Shown here: piece by piece, positions 11,798 to 24,880 of the stretch
How the letters are laid out: every line of letters starts with the position of its first letter
Position numbering within the stretch: position 1 is the first letter of the stretch
DNA from: Eledone cirrhosa
Taxonomy: Eukaryota
NCBI GenBank assembly: GCA_964016885.1
Contig: OZ024743.1
Coordinates: 226,610,001 to 226,674,000 of the forward strand
Reading direction: 5' to 3'
Length of the DNA stretch: 64,000 nucleotides
Notes under the pieces: model-generated
What the model was told of the DNA's origin: nothing
Database searches by the model: none
Seen by the model: the letters and a program-made list of their open reading frames with translations, nothing else
Made by a program: the position numbers and the translations under genes

Positions 11798-12776
11798 ATA
11801 CTTTGGGAGGGTCATGTTGCCAATAAGAAACACACGCATCAGCTGCTTTCACTTCAATTTATTATAATAAATTTACAAATTTAGGAATTTATAAATTTAT
11901 AAATTTCTGGTTGGTTGGTTGGTTCCACAACCAGATGATTGTTTATATATTGTCAAAGTTATTTCGTCACACATTCTGTGACCTCATCAGTGACTGGGGA
12001 TTCTTTTCTTTGTTTTTGTGCCTCGCCTTTGTTCCGTCCTACGCCATCTTTTTTTTTTTTTTTTTCTTAGTTTGCGCATGTGTTACATCCGGGTGTCTGT
12101 GTGTGTTTATATTCGTTTATTTATTTGTTTATTTACATGTTACTAGTTGGTTGTTTGTTCTATGTGTGTGTGTGTTTTCATTTTGGCCTTAATTGTAAGT
12201 TGTGATGTTGCTGTTCCCCTCATGTTTTCTATATAATTTTGGTTGGAGTTCATTTATGTTTATTGCCTCTGTGATTTGTCTAAACATTTGTTTAGACAAA
12301 TCACAGAGGCAATAAACATAAATGAATTACAACCAAAATTAAATAAAAAACATGAGTGGAACAGCAACATCACAACTTACAAGTAAGGACAAAATGACAA
12401 CACACATAGAACAAACAACCAACCAGTAACATGTAAATAAACAAATAAATAAACGAATATAAACACACACAGACACCCGGATGTAACACATGCGAAAACT
12501 AAGCACACAACACAAACACAAAAACAAGATGGCGTAGGACAGAACAAAGGAGAGGCACAACAAACAAAGAAAAGAATCCCCAGTCACTGAAGAGGTCACA
12601 GAATGTGTAACGAAAGAACTTTCACAATATATAAACAATCATCTGGTTGTGGAACGAACCAACCAACCAGAAATTTATAAATTCCTAAATTTATAAATTT
12701 ATTATAATAAATTGAAGTGAAAGCATGGTGCGTGTGTTTCTTATTGGCAACATGACCCTCTCAAAGTATAACAATA
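11791..12776. mobile_element. ~1 kb non-coding palindromic element adjoining (TA)n
   Basis: Ends tattgttatactttgggagggtcatg / catgaccctctcaaagtataacaata; centre gatttgtctaaaca-tt-tgtttagacaaatc at 12287-12288. Confidence 0.9.
11952..11994 (-). ncRNA. Hammerhead-like motif (mirror copy 12583-12625, +)
   Basis: Minus: GTCA-CTGATGA-g-GTCACA-gaatg-TGTGAC-GAAA-TAAC-TT-TGAC. Stems I and II are good; stem III and the cleavage triplet are atypical. Confidence 0.6.
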
Positions 12777-12844
12777 TCGGTTTCAACACACGTTTTCAGA
12801 TAAAGAATCTTGCTAAACAAATTCAGAAACGGAATATCTATATA

Positions 12845-12888
<44 letters not shown>

Positions 12889-13019
12889 ACGAAGGAAGTG
12901 TAGTAAGGAACCAGGTGGACGATAACGCACCAGAGTACTCGACACTATTGGTAGTAGAGTGGGTAATAGGAAAAGAGTCAGGACCCCGACGGCTGAACTC
13001 CTGATGTTTCAACTCTTTT

Positions 13020-13104
<85 letters not shown>

Positions 13105-14100
13105 TTTTGTCATATCTTGATATTTTCGGAGGATTTACCAGGATTTTGTGAGGTGATATAAATACACCGAAACATCAACTCATAATATAATTTTATTGAA
13201 ATATAAAGAGAGTAGAGAGAAAGAGTTAGACAGATATGTATATATATATATGCGTGCGTATGTGTATTATATATATATATATATATAGACATATACAAAG
13301 AGAAATGTATAATACCCCCATACAAATACAGACACACGTAGTTATAGTAGTTATATACGCATATAAATACGCATACAATGCCCAATACTTGACTAGAGAC
13401 TCGTTTAGACACAATAAAACTGTCCAGCACTGTGTATGCGTCCATGGCCATAATTACATCTATACATAATTTAACAATATTATTTACATATATGCAAATT
13501 ACTAAGCCTCATTAAATTTACATAAATTCACAATTGTCGCGTGCACATATCGGTAAATTTTTCGCAACAACAGTCCATCGTGATTACGACGCAGCATTCT
13601 GTCAAATATTTATGTTTTACAGACAGCAACTGCTCAAATCTTTGTATATTTTAGTAATTGTTCTTTTCTATTTTGAAATGTTCGTTTCTGCCACCGAAAT
13701 CCTGTTGCACAAAATTTTGTTGAATATTTTAGCAAATGCAACGGTTTCACGCTAATTTCTCGAGCTTTTGTATTTAATTTAAATATATTTTGTATTATTT
13801 TACATTATTTTTTTTGTATTACTATATTTATACAGTTTCTTTCGTTTCTTTAAAGTTTTCAGTTGGATTAGGGCATCATAACTACGGATATGTTTGCTGG
13901 AGCGATTTCATGTGTTGCGTACATGCATTGTTGAGGTAAGTCGAGCCTGCTGTTCATCTCCAGCTCTATAGGTTTCAGGCTTTTTATTATCTTGCTTCTT
14001 GGTTCCTCATTACCGAAGGCAATGCATCAACGAATTTCATGTTCATTGTGTTCGTGGAGCCTGCTCTATAATGGTTACAGAGCTCTTTGAAGTGGAGGTC

Positions 14101-14143
<43 letters not shown>

Positions 14144-14909
14144 CATATTTAAGTGTGTATGGGAGCGAATGTGCGCATGAATAGGTGTGTATGTGTTTAT
14201 GTGAGTAAGTTGATTTATTCATTTTCTTGCAACATGGATTACATTTAAATTGATGCAACGGTGTGCTTATTTGTTTCACATAATCTACATCTTTAGGTAC
14301 ACCGATCATTGATCGACACTATATGTGGAATTTAGGGCCCCGGGTGGTTTGGTTAGCAGGAAGTAGAGGCTGTGGTTTCGCGAAAAGTCACTATATTCAA
14401 TCAGCTAGGTTTTGGTGCTGATCCGCTTTCAGTATATTTGGTGTCATTTGCTCTTACATGAATATATTGGTTATCATGGTTACAAATGGTTTAACTCTTA
14501 TGTGAAGGTACTATGCATAACGTGTTGGAATCATGTTCGTAAATCCATAGGTTCAATTCCATGGCATGGCAGTACGTTGAATTTTTAGCAAACTATTTTG
14601 TTTCACTTTACTTTTTCTGCCAGGAGTTGCAATCGGCAGATATTGGCAATAGAAAACTGTTTCCTTTAGTCTGGCTTGACAATCGGCTCTTTCCCTTTTC
14701 CTCTTTTCCTACAAGTTACTGTGTTTGTGATATTAGCGTAACGATTCTACTATCGGATTATTATAGCGATAATATTCATGACTGCATATCAATGCAAATA
14801 TCAAATTTTATAAGTAATATCAATATAATATGTTTATATGAAACATCAATGTAATATGTTTATATGTAATCTAAAATGTAATGACAAAACTGATATAATA
14901 ATAATACTA

Positions 14910-14954
<45 letters not shown>

Positions 14955-17545
14955 TATATATATATATATATATATGAATAAAAACGGCCACACTGAAATT
15001 ATCAAATATTACAAACAGCCGGAATGTATGTACATGTGTATATTTGTGTTTAGCTACGTAACTTTGTTGGACGTATGTATATTTGTATGTATTAAACTGT
15101 GTATGCATTCATGCATGCATGTTGTGTGTGGTGCATACGTACAATGTATATCTCTATGTATGTATGTATCTATGTATATGCGTATGTGTGTATGTGCATG
15201 TGTATAGATGTATATTTATATATGTGCATGAATGCATGAGTTTATGTGTGTATATATATTTCCTTGTCGTAACATACCTCTCTCTTACTCCCCCACTCTC
15301 ACTCTTCCTCTCTCACTCCAACTCTCTTACACTCTCCCCATCGTCTCTCTGTCAATATAAGTATTTGAATTTATTGATTATGTGTGGGTTTCTTAATGTA
15401 TGTGTATGTATACATGTGTGCATCCACATATGCACGCCCATGCACACGCATACTCCCATATTGATATAAGTGATTTTAAGAGTACACGTGACCCTAGAAG
15501 CTTAAAGATTAAAGAGAATTCCAATTTTTGTTTGATATCCACTAGACTGCTCGAGATCATAAATATAGTAACGCATACTTACATAAGATATATTCTTAAT
15601 TTTTTTTTTTTATTGGGACATTTGCATATTGTTGGGGCAACTACCTTAGATATTTGTTTGATTTTACATTTATTTTACAGTCGGATGATTTTGTTATTGC
15701 TAATTGCTGATCCGTGAAGCGGGAAGTCTTCTCTTGGCAAAGCGATACAAAGGATAGAATCCTACATTGCCAAGCAGACAACGAAGAATGTTGCCTCCTT
15801 GTATTATCAGTGGCTCGGTGAGACACTAAGGCTGCTGTATCTTTTGTGTAAAATGTCTTAAACCGCTATAGACCACACACACCGCATATAAACAGATAGA
15901 TAAGTTGTAATTGGGGTTTTGCTCCATGAACTCTTTTCATACCAGCCCACTCAAAACCTGCTCTTGGTCCATCAAACAATGCCACCTATTTTTAGTGTGT
16001 TCTGTGTAAATGAATATTTTGTAACATGACTGTGATATCTTATAATAGTAATCAAATTGTTAATACTTTCCGTAACTCTCTCAAACTCGTTCATTAATTT
16101 ATTGAAATGCAGTATCATTCATTAAAAATACGGTCACGAAAGGGTTAAACGTAATAGAGCAGATCTATAATAATAATAATTCCAGTTGTGACCATCAAAT
16201 TCTTTTACAGATAACTTAAACAAACAATCAATATACATGATTTCTGAAATAATTTGACAACTAGAATAAAATAACTGTGTTAAGGCTACTAGCTGTATAG
16301 CTTTATATTTGGTATGAATCTTTAATTTTAAAAATCAAGTAAGCTTTAAAATTGTCGATGAATAATTAGCAGTATTTAATGTGTGAATTGTCCCTACTTT
16401 GCTGCTAATCTGTTTTAAAATATTGGCACCCAAGAGATTATTAAACAAATGAATGTATTAATTGATTTGTCAGGAAAATGTTTGTATTATTTATTTTAAT
16501 TCCGATTAAACTGAAAATTTACATATTTTTGTTCATTTCTATTTTATTTTTAAATTTAGCAATTTCTTTACGACAAAGACGGGGTATTGTTAAAATCATT
16601 TGAACGTCCGTGAAAATTCTGGAATTTTACATTCCAATTTCATTTCTCACTAGGGGCAAATCTCATCCTTTCGGAACCTAATAAATAAAGTACCAGTCAA
16701 ATATCTCATATGTCCCTATTAAATATATCAATCAGAGTTTTCGAGTAATGTCTTGTGCCATTACTTACCAATTTGCTTTTGCAGATTCTTGACTATTTGA
16801 TGTTCTCTTGCTATGATTTCCCACATTTCATAAGTTATTACGTTTATTATTTTGAGCAATCAGTCGTGGGTCCTTTCCTTTCCATGCTATCTCCATGAAT
16901 TCTGATATATTTCTTGATGTTGCTACTCATTTATTTTATTTTTACTAACTTCACGACAAAATTATTTCAGGTTTATGCTAAAATATTGTTCCCTACAAAT
17001 TATCTTTATCCTTTTTTCCTAATTACTGATTCTTGGAAATTTAACACATTTTTATTTCAGACATTCTCTGATTACACATATTTTATTAATTTCAAAGTTA
17101 AATTTCTGTTGTATTTCTGACTTCTTTTTGAGTTCTATTGTTTCGTTAATAGTTTCATAAAGTGTTGAGAGATGAAATACTCTTTTTTAAAATCTATTTA
17201 TGCTAGCTTGTTTTCCATGATACATGCTTGCGTTTTGGTATACCTTTATGAGTACAGAGAAAGCAAAATTCCTGTTTTCTTTGAAACACGACAATACCAT
17301 GACCAGACTGTTGTGGGTTCAAAACCCATGGCCAGTTATAAGTCAAGGAGGAGGTCTTTTCTCCCTTTCTTTCAGCGATACTTGAGGAATGAAGTATGGC
17401 GCTATGTTTAAAATGTCATTATTTGAGGCGGATAAAGAATACATCACAATCCCCATTTTTTGTACATTATTATGCAAGAGAATCAAGGTACACATAAGCC
17501 CTACAGCAAAAGAATAATAATTCTTTGTATTATTAATTCTTTTGG

Positions 17546-17730
17546 GGTGGATTAGCAGTATCGGCACAGGGTCGGACGCGATGCTTTTCAGCATAGTTAT
17601 GTCCCTTTACGGTCTGGGTTAAAATCCCGTCGAGGTTAACTTTGCCTTTCATCCTTACCGGGTCGATAAAATAAAGTACCAGTAATGTACTGGTTAATTG
17701 CTGGTTTGTGCCAAAAGTAGAAACAATTAT
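17546..17730 (+). mobile_element. Nin-domain-like SINE
   Basis: Same head, core and tail as 5980-6165. Confidence 0.85.
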
Positions 17731-18772
17731 TAGTTCTTTTGGGCTTCGAAATGAATCGGTCTGGTGCTGATATGAACCGTCTTCCTAAAGCTTCATTATT
17801 ATTATTATTTTTGTCAAGAAGAAGAAGAATTAAAGTTTTAACTATTTTGGTCTTCTTGAGAACTTGATTTTTTGTTTTAACATATTACCATCATGACAGT
17901 TATCATTTTTCCTATAAAAGAGACCACTTTTATTATTATTATTATTATAGTTGCTGTTGTCACTGTTGTGTTCTTGCTGTTGGTGTTGTCGTTCTCGTTT
18001 TAGTTGAGTTGCTGTTATTGTTGTATTCGTTGTGTCATTTTATAACATTCCGTTTAGTATTTTCTTCACTTTTTTTATTTTTGTTTTTACCATATGAAAA
18101 TTTCCACTCCACCTACATTGGCAATAAAAACATGAAAACGAACACCTCCTCCCTATCCCCGCCGCTTCGAAGAAAAAAACGAATGAATGAATAAGAACTT
18201 GGCTAGCACACAGAGGGAATCTAAGAAGACAACCTTCATGCACCTCTGAATGGAACCAATTTTTCAGCATTACTTCCAGTCAATGACTAACTTGAAATTT
18301 TTTTTTTTTTGTATATATTTCTTTTTCAAATTTCAGATCCCAACAAACTTCCTCATACATGTTTTTCCCCACCTAGATGCCGAAGCCATCACCTATGAAC
18401 TATCAATTTCCCTCCTCCCTCGTACAAAACACACTGAAGAATATGAAACATATAATTCATGGGTACTATTTCTTTACGAATGCATATAACCATCATCCAA
18501 TGAGCGGCCTCATAGAAAAACCTCTATCATTTTACGCTCTTCTGATTCGCGAACAGATTAACCAACTAGAAGATGGTAACATCGCTTGGCTGTTTCAGTG
18601 ACGTAAGGCTCAATTCATTTATTTGTTATCATTAACGTTGTTGTTGTTATTGATGTCGTTGTTCTTGTTCCTTGTTCCACTGCGCTGACAGAGGTACCGT
18701 TGATGGAAACTTCTTCTTCAGATTATACTAAAAATAACAAACCAAACCAAACGAGACAAACACCAAACACCC

Positions 18773-19190
<418 letters not shown>

Positions 19191-19908
19191 GCGTCTACAC
19201 ACATACGGATACATACACGTATGTTTATATATTATATATATATATATAATTCTACTTCATCTCTGTCATGGTCCCAATATCTCAATACCCACCACCACTA
19301 CCACCACCACCACCACCATCATAACATAGTATGGTATCAACTCTTTCCACCATCTACAAATCTAGATAAGCGCGTCGTCTTTCATTCAGCCAATCTCTCT
19401 GCCTTCCTTTCGTTCTTTTTTCTCACTTTCTTTCTTACCGTGCTTATTTCTATCTTTGTTTTTTCAGTCTTTATTGCTTTTCTATATATTCATTTCGTTT
19501 ATTTGTTTATCTATATATTCATTTCGTTTATTTGTTTATCTATATATTCATTTCGTTTGTTCTCATTGCTTTCGTTAATTCTCACATTCTACTTTTCTTT
19601 CTTTCTCTTTCTTCTGCCTTTTATACTCTATTTTTCATTCATATGTTTTCTTAGTTCATCTATTTTTATCGTTAATTTCATTTACCGTTCCATTCTTCCT
19701 TTCATTTGTCCTTTCATTTGTCCTTTCTACGTATCTTTCTTTGTCTTTCTATTGTATTTTCCTTGCACACATGCACAAAGACATACACACATATACACAC
19801 ACGCACGCACACAGACCCCCCCCCCCTCATATATATATATGTATGTATATATATATATATATATATACACATCCATAAATACATATATTCTTATATATAT
19901 ACATATAT

Positions 19909-20056
<148 letters not shown>

Positions 20057-20072
20057 AGATACGTGTGTGTTT

Positions 20073-20125
<53 letters not shown>

Positions 20126-20515
20126 GATATATGTGTGTGTATAGGCGTTTGTGTGTTTTCATCTACTTTTTCTTTGGTTCTATGAGTTGGGTAGAATACA
20201 AGAACACAAGACATGATGAAGCATGTGAAGAAACTCCTCAGATCACTGACCCTACATGAATTATTGCCATCTTTAAGGGAAAATACCTGAAGCTGAACAC
20301 TGCTGCGTTCTTTCTTTACTTTACAGCTCTGCTTATTTTATATTTATTTCATATATTTTAAGTTTTATTTTCATTTCTTTTTTATGCAACATCATTATTC
20401 TAGGGAAAAAAACTTTTAAACTGAAGCGAAAAGGTTATTAATAAAAAAAAAATAATAAAAATTAAAATACTATCACTATCATCAACAAAAGTAGCAACAG
20501 TAATAATTATTATTA

Positions 20516-20672
20516 TTCATCACCATCATTATCATCTTCATAATAATGGTTTCTACGTTAGGCACAAGGCCAGCAATTACCCAGTGCAAGTATCAGTAAT
20601 GCACTGGATAATTGCTGGCCTTGTGCCTAACGTAGAAACAATTATTATGAAGATGATAATGATGGTGATGAA
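20516..20672. repeat. Fold-back of SINE 3' ends plus ~30 bp of flanking DNA
   Basis: ttcatcaccatcattatcatcttcataataat-gtttctacgttaggcacaaggccagcaatta.ccagtgca is mirrored around 20589-20599. Confidence 0.85.
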
Positions 20673-20736
20673 GATGACGATGATGTCAACGGAGATGAGA
20701 ATGAAGATGATAATGATAAACTAATAATAATAATAA

Positions 20737-21195
20737 TGGTTTCTGATTTAGGCACAAAGCCATCAATTTTGGGGGAGGGGAAAGTCTATTAAATCGACCC
20801 CAGTGCATTACTTGAACTTTATTGTATCGACCCCGTAAGGATGAAAGGCAAAGCTAATCCCTGCAGAATTTGAACTCAGAACCGTAAAAGGCCATAACAA
20901 TAATAATAATTGTTTCTATTTTTGGCACAAGGCCAGTAATTATCGCAGTGTATTACTGGTAGTTTATTTTATCGACCCTGTAAGGATGAAAGGCAAAGTT
21001 AAACTCGGCGTGATTTGAACTCAGACCATAAAGATGCGTAACTCTAGGCTGGAAAGCATGACGTCCGACCCTCTATGAATACTGCCAATCCATCGCTGAT
21101 ACTGACAATAATAATAGTTTCTACTTTTGGCAGAAGGCCAGCAATAACCCAGTGCATTACTGGTACTTTATTTAATCGACCCTGTATGGATGAAA
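20737..21195 (-). mobile_element. Cluster of three Nin-domain-like SINEs (~20737-20890, 20910-21095, 21117-21195 truncated)
   Basis: Repeated gtttct..ggcacaaggcca..atcgaccc..ggatgaaa motif. Confidence 0.85.
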
Positions 21196-21196
21196 T

Positions 21197-22045
21197 GGTT
21201 TCTTTATTAGCCACACAGTGCTCCCATTAATAGAACAATAACGTACAGTACGGTGGAATGTGGGTTTAATGTGTAAAAATATTGTTTTTGAAAAAGACTA
21301 AACAGATAAACATTTAAAAACATCAAACATAAATTCCTTAAAATTGGTGATATCTCATGGGTCACTCGTGAACAAAGCCTACAAAAAGCCTCGTCAAGCT
21401 TCGTCAGAGCAAATCTATTAACACGTACAATCCTTTCCCTTCTCACCCACCTTTTAACAAACTGTATGGAAAACAGTACTTCCCTCTCCGCCCGGAATTT
21501 TCTCTTCGGGTTAACCCTGAAAAAGTTAATCAGGGTGTCACTGAAGTGTAAGTTGCTTGTCTTCAACCCTTTCAAATGTGTCCACCACACGACCTCTTTC
21601 GCCATGGCAACAAGGCACATAAAAACCGCCTGCTCTTCCCTTCTAAAAGAAAAAAAGGTAAGGTGATCTTCACAAGGTGACAGAAGCTGTTCTAATAAAA
21701 CCCATAAATCAGCAATACACGGAGATACGACGAGTGCATGTAGGACGGTTTCGTCGCCCTGTGCACATCTTCGACAGGCCCAGCTGATAGTACATCTATG
21801 CCTGTACAGTTAATCTCCGACTGGCGAAGCTCCTTGGTTGCCTTGAGAGACCAGGGATTACAGGAAATTATCCATGGGATCTCGACTGCAAGTCTTCTGG
21901 ATAATAGTGGCTAGTTAATTTTGATCGGCCCCCAGAGTTTCCCCCAAGAAGGTCGTCGTCTTTACCCGTCATTAAAACTCTTTCGAATGTCATAGTTTAT
22001 TTTCCACACTGCCCGATTAGATGAGGATTGTGTGCGCTTGAAGTC
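21197..22045 (-). mobile_element. Decayed 5'-truncated Tx1/L1-type LINE 3' fragment
   Basis: ORF 21207..21620 CLVAMAKEVVWWTHLKG..AEREVL matches the C-terminus of ORF 31299..33383. Upstream CRRCAQGDETVLHALV zinc finger. The 3' end gtggctaataaagaaac is like that of the other copies. Confidence 0.85.
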
Positions 22046-22399
22046 ATTGCAACATCCAAGCGCTTCCTTTCGGTCTTTTCTCAAATCTTCGTATTTTTCA
22101 AGCTTTTACCTGGATTTTTGTTTCAGTATTTCCTTTGTTGATAACAGCTATTCTCTTGGTGAACATTCATATTTTCTCTTCACATTTCTTCCTTTTCTGG
22201 ATTCTACATTATTTTCAGAGATTAGATCATTTAATATTGATATTTTCCTTCCCATTAATTCAATCTCTTTCTTCTTGTCAAGTAAAATTGCTTCCAAACC
22301 CTTCGGGGGAGTCCTATATCGACCACTTGTATTCGTGATCGTATTCTTGCGGTAATTTCCCAAGATTCATGACCATAGGTAAAGGTTGGCTCGAACACT

Positions 22400-22620
22400 G
22401 AATTGAAGGTAGTGAGTTTGGTTTTTATGCCTGCCTTCTTTCTTCTGATTACTGAATGCCGAAGCTGGCGTATTACTGCACCAGCTTTTGCAATTCTTGC
22501 ACTTAATTCAGCCTCTACGTTCCATCACGACCCTGAGATACTTGAACTCTACCAGCTTCAGTGGGACACCATTCATATGAAGCCATCATCGAATTGTAAT
22601 TTTCGGCTTTCCAGCATATT
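22400..22620 (-). mobile_element. Fragment of an RTE/L2-like LINE RT thumb region
   Basis: Minus strand frameshifted MNGVPLKLVEFKYL / VEAELSARIAKAGAVIRQL resembles the FKYLG..EI..RI.KA motif. Confidence 0.55.
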
Positions 22621-23568
22621 CAGTAGGTCTCTCCACATACTGTTACACATAGATTGTGAATATGTTCCTGAATGTTTGCATTTTTGTCTACTTTGTTCAA
22701 ATTCTACGGTTGTATATTATTACTTCGTGATTCACCAAGATTATTTTCATTTGTTATATAATCAAACAAAATGGATAGATACCTAAGAATATGATTATAA
22801 ATTTCAATATTCGTCGCATTGTATATTTGTTTTGACCCTACAAATGTGATGACAAATCACGCGTCAACGTTAGCATGTCTCTGGTATGTGATTTTTTATT
22901 GTTTGTCTTGCTATATATTTCATCATGAGTCTGTGAAGTACATAGTGTCGCACGAGTCGGTCAGTTTTCACACCTCATGCTCAGTATTAGAGACAATATA
23001 CCCATTTCAATATTCCGTGTCTGTTTATGTGGCAGACGTGATACAACTCATCAGATAGAACTTCTAATTACTCAACTTAGAATGTAATAAAGACCCTTCC
23101 TTCAGGTATACAACGCTTAGAGGTGTTTTTTTTTCAACGTAACCGACTTCGTCGTAATCATCATCATCATCATTATCAACATCTTCATCGTTGTCGCTGT
23201 CATCCTCCTCCTCATCGGCGCCGGCATATTCTCGATATGTTTCATCTTCACCAGTATGGCTATAATCATCCTCATAATCCTTCACATCACCATCTTTATA
23301 GTAATGACAACAGTCTCTGTTGCCATGTTTTCCTCATTCTTTTTAATCTTTATTTTATATAAATCAATCTATATGCTATTATCTTCCACTATATCATCTC
23401 CTCACTGAAACGAAATTTATTTCGTGATATGTAAAATATGAAATTATATTTCTATGGACGGTTTGTAGTTGAATGTGGACTACAGTACAGAATGATGAAC
23501 AGACACGAACGAGAGCATATTATTATCACACTGTGTAACGTAATATATATATATACATATATACATAA

Positions 23569-23609
<41 letters not shown>

Positions 23610-23613
23610 TATT

Positions 23614-23646
<33 letters not shown>

Positions 23647-23704
23647 ACATATATACATATATATATATACATATATATATATGTATATATTTATATATAT
23701 ATAT

Positions 23705-23749
<45 letters not shown>

Positions 23750-23845
23750 TATATATATATATATATACATATAGATATGTTGTCGATGTGCGCGCACGCT
23801 TATTTTTGATCCTCATTTTATATGCACGCAAACACACACACACAC

Positions 23846-23890
<45 letters not shown>

Positions 23891-23897
<7 letters not shown>

Positions 23898-24071
23898 ATG
23901 TAATAAACAACATAAGGCAATTATTCCATTTACCAGTGGTTTCTTAAAAGCAAAAGGTTTTGCTTTCAATCCTCAGAACAAGGTTCTGAGGATTGAAAGC
24001 AAAACCTTTTGCTTTTAAGAAACCACTGGTAAATGGAATAATTGCCTTATGTTGTTTATTACATAATAATA
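23891..24071. mobile_element. Apparently perfect ~180-bp palindrome with paired hammerhead ribozymes, abutting (TA)n
   Basis: Centre cctcagaac-aag-gttctgagg at 23980-23982; no mismatch seen between the arms. Confidence 0.92.
23983..24034 (+). ncRNA. Minimal type I hammerhead ribozyme (mirror copy 23928-23979, -)
   Basis: GTT-CTGAGGA-TTGAAAGCAAAA-cc-TTTTGCTTTTAA-GAAA-CC-ACT-GG-TA-AAT. Confidence 0.8.
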
Positions 24072-24140
24072 ATTAAGCTCTGTTGCTTACATAGAGCACT
24101 CTTTTTTCCTGGACTTTTCCGACGGAATTACTTCATTCAT

Positions 24141-24204
<64 letters not shown>

Positions 24205-24352
24205 TACGTGTGTAAGTATGTGTGAGGGTTTAATTGTGTGTATAATTTGTTTTACTGTAGTACTTATTAAAAGCACATAGGGTGATAATAGGTTTCCGAA
24301 TACATGGATTATTAACAAAATATTGTATTGCACAGCATTATAGATCAATATT

Positions 24353-24541
24353 TGGCGGGGGATTGGCAGTATCGGTAGAGGGTCGGACGCCATGCTTTGC
24401 AGCATAGAGTTACGGCCCTTTATGTTCTGAGTTAAAATCCCGCCGAGTTTAACTTTGCCTTTCATCCTTACGGGGTCCATGAAATCAAGTACCAGTAATA
24501 CACTGGGATAATTGCTGGCCTTGTGCTAAAAGCAGAAACAG
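24353..24541 (+). mobile_element. Nin-domain-like SINE
   Basis: Same head, core and tail as the other copies. Confidence 0.88.
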
Positions 24542-24599
24542 TTATAGATCTATATTAAGGGTTATTGGTGTGTTATTTCAATTCTTCTTTACTCGCCGC

Positions 24600-24880
24600 T
24601 AAATATTATTGGGTTCCCGTAGGTTCCAACGACGAGCGTTCTTGTTCGAGCAACAATAAAACCTGCCAGTGAAATTAAGTGTATGTGGTTTCGCATGTAA
24701 CATATTTGTGTAGCCTTGAAGAAATTTCAGGTACGCAATGTGTGACAAGGACGGCCGTTTTAATTTCAGGTACACCGAAATTTAGACGAGTGAATTGCAA
24801 CAACGTGAACTATAACATCTTGTTCATGGAAAACTTGCCGTTAGGAATCGAACTCACGACCTTACAACCATGAAGCACTT
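24600..24880 (-). mobile_element. Older tRNA-derived SINE of a second family (possible relatives ~14520-14660 + and ~40665-40765 +)
   Basis: Minus B box gtgagttcgattcc followed by tccatgaacaaga..ttcacgttg..aattcactc; degenerate. Confidence 0.45.

Noticed and set aside
13140-13185. TGTGA-GGTG..CACC-GAAAC HHR-like relic
   Set aside because: Core, cleavage site and stem I are too degenerate to call.
20737-21195. Repeated units resembling a CRISPR array
   Set aside because: These are SINE copies of variable length in eukaryotic DNA; no cas genes.
23064-23362. Asp-rich and His-rich ORFs (similar case at 63289-63492)
   Set aside because: Products of (TCA)n/(CCA)n trinucleotide low-complexity DNA.
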